A DNA stretch of 64,000 nucleotides from Candidatus Bathyarchaeota archaeon (GTDB taxonomy: Archaea; Thermoproteota; Bathyarchaeia; Bathyarchaeales; Bathycorpusculaceae): assembly GCA_963832745.1 (NCBI GenBank), contig CAWHVC010000003.1, positions 32,001 through 96,000 of the forward strand, written 5' to 3'. The translations under genes were made by a program, and so were the position numbers. The notes under the pieces were generated by a model that did not search any database, had not been told where the DNA came from, and saw nothing but the letters and a program-made list of their open reading frames with translations. Within the stretch, counting starts at the first letter, position 1, and every line of letters starts with the position of its first letter. This document shows positions 63,213-64,000 of this stretch, piece by piece.

Positions 63213-63575
63213 TTATAAGAGTTTGAGTTTGCCTGTTAAACGGTCAATCATGGATGCGGGTGCAGGTCCAATGCCAAGGCAAGTGACTGAGCCTTCAGGA
63301 ATTTCTGTCAGGCCGCGGTCAATAATCAAAGCGTGGGGTAATCCAAGGTCGTCTGCTGCTTCTTCGAGTTCGCTGAGTTCTTTTTCACTTGGAACTTTAA
63401 GGGCAACCTTCTTTTGTCCTTCAAAAAGCCAAGATTCCCACCATTTCTTATGATGCACATAAGCATCTTGTGCCGCTGAAACCGCTGCGTGCCCTGCCTG
63501 CGCCGCAATTTTGCCTTTACTCATCTGCAAATCCATACGGAAAACTATGACCTGCTTGTACTCAAATTCAACCAT
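63213..63575 (-). CDS. pth2: Peptidyl-tRNA hydrolase Pth2
   Basis: KQVIVFRMDLQMSKGKIAAQAGHAAV, DRGLTE, GIGP. Confidence 0.95.
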   Translation of the reverse strand: MVEFEYKQVIVFRMDLQMSKGKIAAQAGHAAVSAAQDAYVHHKKWWESWLFEGQKKVALKVPSEKELSELEEAADDLGLPHALIIDRGLTEIPEGSVTCLGIGPAPASMIDRLTGKLKLL

Positions 63576-63612
63576 GATGTTCGCCTTTTGGCTAAAATGT
63601 GCTTCCACTGTT

Positions 63613-64000
63613 TTAAGGGTTTGCAAACAAATAAAGCAACCCAAAATAGCCCAACGCCGCCAACATGGCAGGTTTAGTGGCGACCTGCATCATCATCCTG
63701 CCTTGATAATCGATTTCTTCCACGCCGCTAAATGCTTTGCCAACGCCGACGCGGTTGCAGAACCGCAAAACTGAATCCCAGCGGTCATCTGAAAGCGAGT
63801 TTAGGAATCGCCTGAGCCTAAGCATGAAAGCAACATCGAAGTTTAGGGCATTATTACAGCGTTTCTGGTAAACAGAAAGCGTCTTAGCTGAAACATCCTC
63901 AAACTCAATGGCGGATTTGGCTGTTTCTGCCGCAAATTCGCCGCAGGTTAACCCAAAAATCACTCCACCGCCAGTCGTAGGCTTAACCTGAGATGCTACG
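63613..64000 (-). CDS. Geranylgeranyl reductase family, C-terminal part (runs off the window)
   Basis: ASQVKPTTGGGVIFG motif. Confidence 0.8.
   Translation of the reverse strand, partial: VASQVKPTTGGGVIFGLTCGEFAAETAKSAIEFEDVSAKTLSVYQKRCNNALNFDVAFMLRLRRFLNSLSDDRWDSVLRFCNRVGVGKAFSGVEEIDYQGRMMMQVATKPAMLAALGYFGLLYLFANP

Overview
Archaeal chromosomal window. Gene content (MEMO1-uS2-enolase, ABCE1, Pcc1-RecJ-uS15, TruD-Pth2-GGR, archaeal modified mevalonate genes, stand-alone 5S rRNA, tRNAs with D-loop introns, many PQQ/TrmB surface genes) suggests Bathyarchaeia; that assignment is an inference. Two accessory regions stand out. (1) An 8,130-bp element integrated in tRNA-Arg(CCT), bounded by a perfect 46-bp direct repeat (38054-38099 / 46184-46229). 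It has an SSV1-type tyrosine integrase split in frame across the att sites, many small Zn-finger genes and duplicated hairpin/iteron modules, but no recognisable replication or capsid gene. (2) A ~16.5-kb decaying island (about 3.0-19.5 kb) between mevalonate kinase and the AMPD-PMDh operon. It is punctuated by three tRNA-Pro 3'-end scars and carries katG, a PQQ/TrmB pair with a tandem operator, and an orphan terminase small/large pair. Features missed by the ORF track include two candidate C/D-box sRNAs, a 27-aa acidic Trp-repeat peptide with a strong SD, an RHH gene, an AbrB gene and a probable nested tRNA intron. No CRISPR array was seen. All product calls come from motif recognition only; no searches were run.
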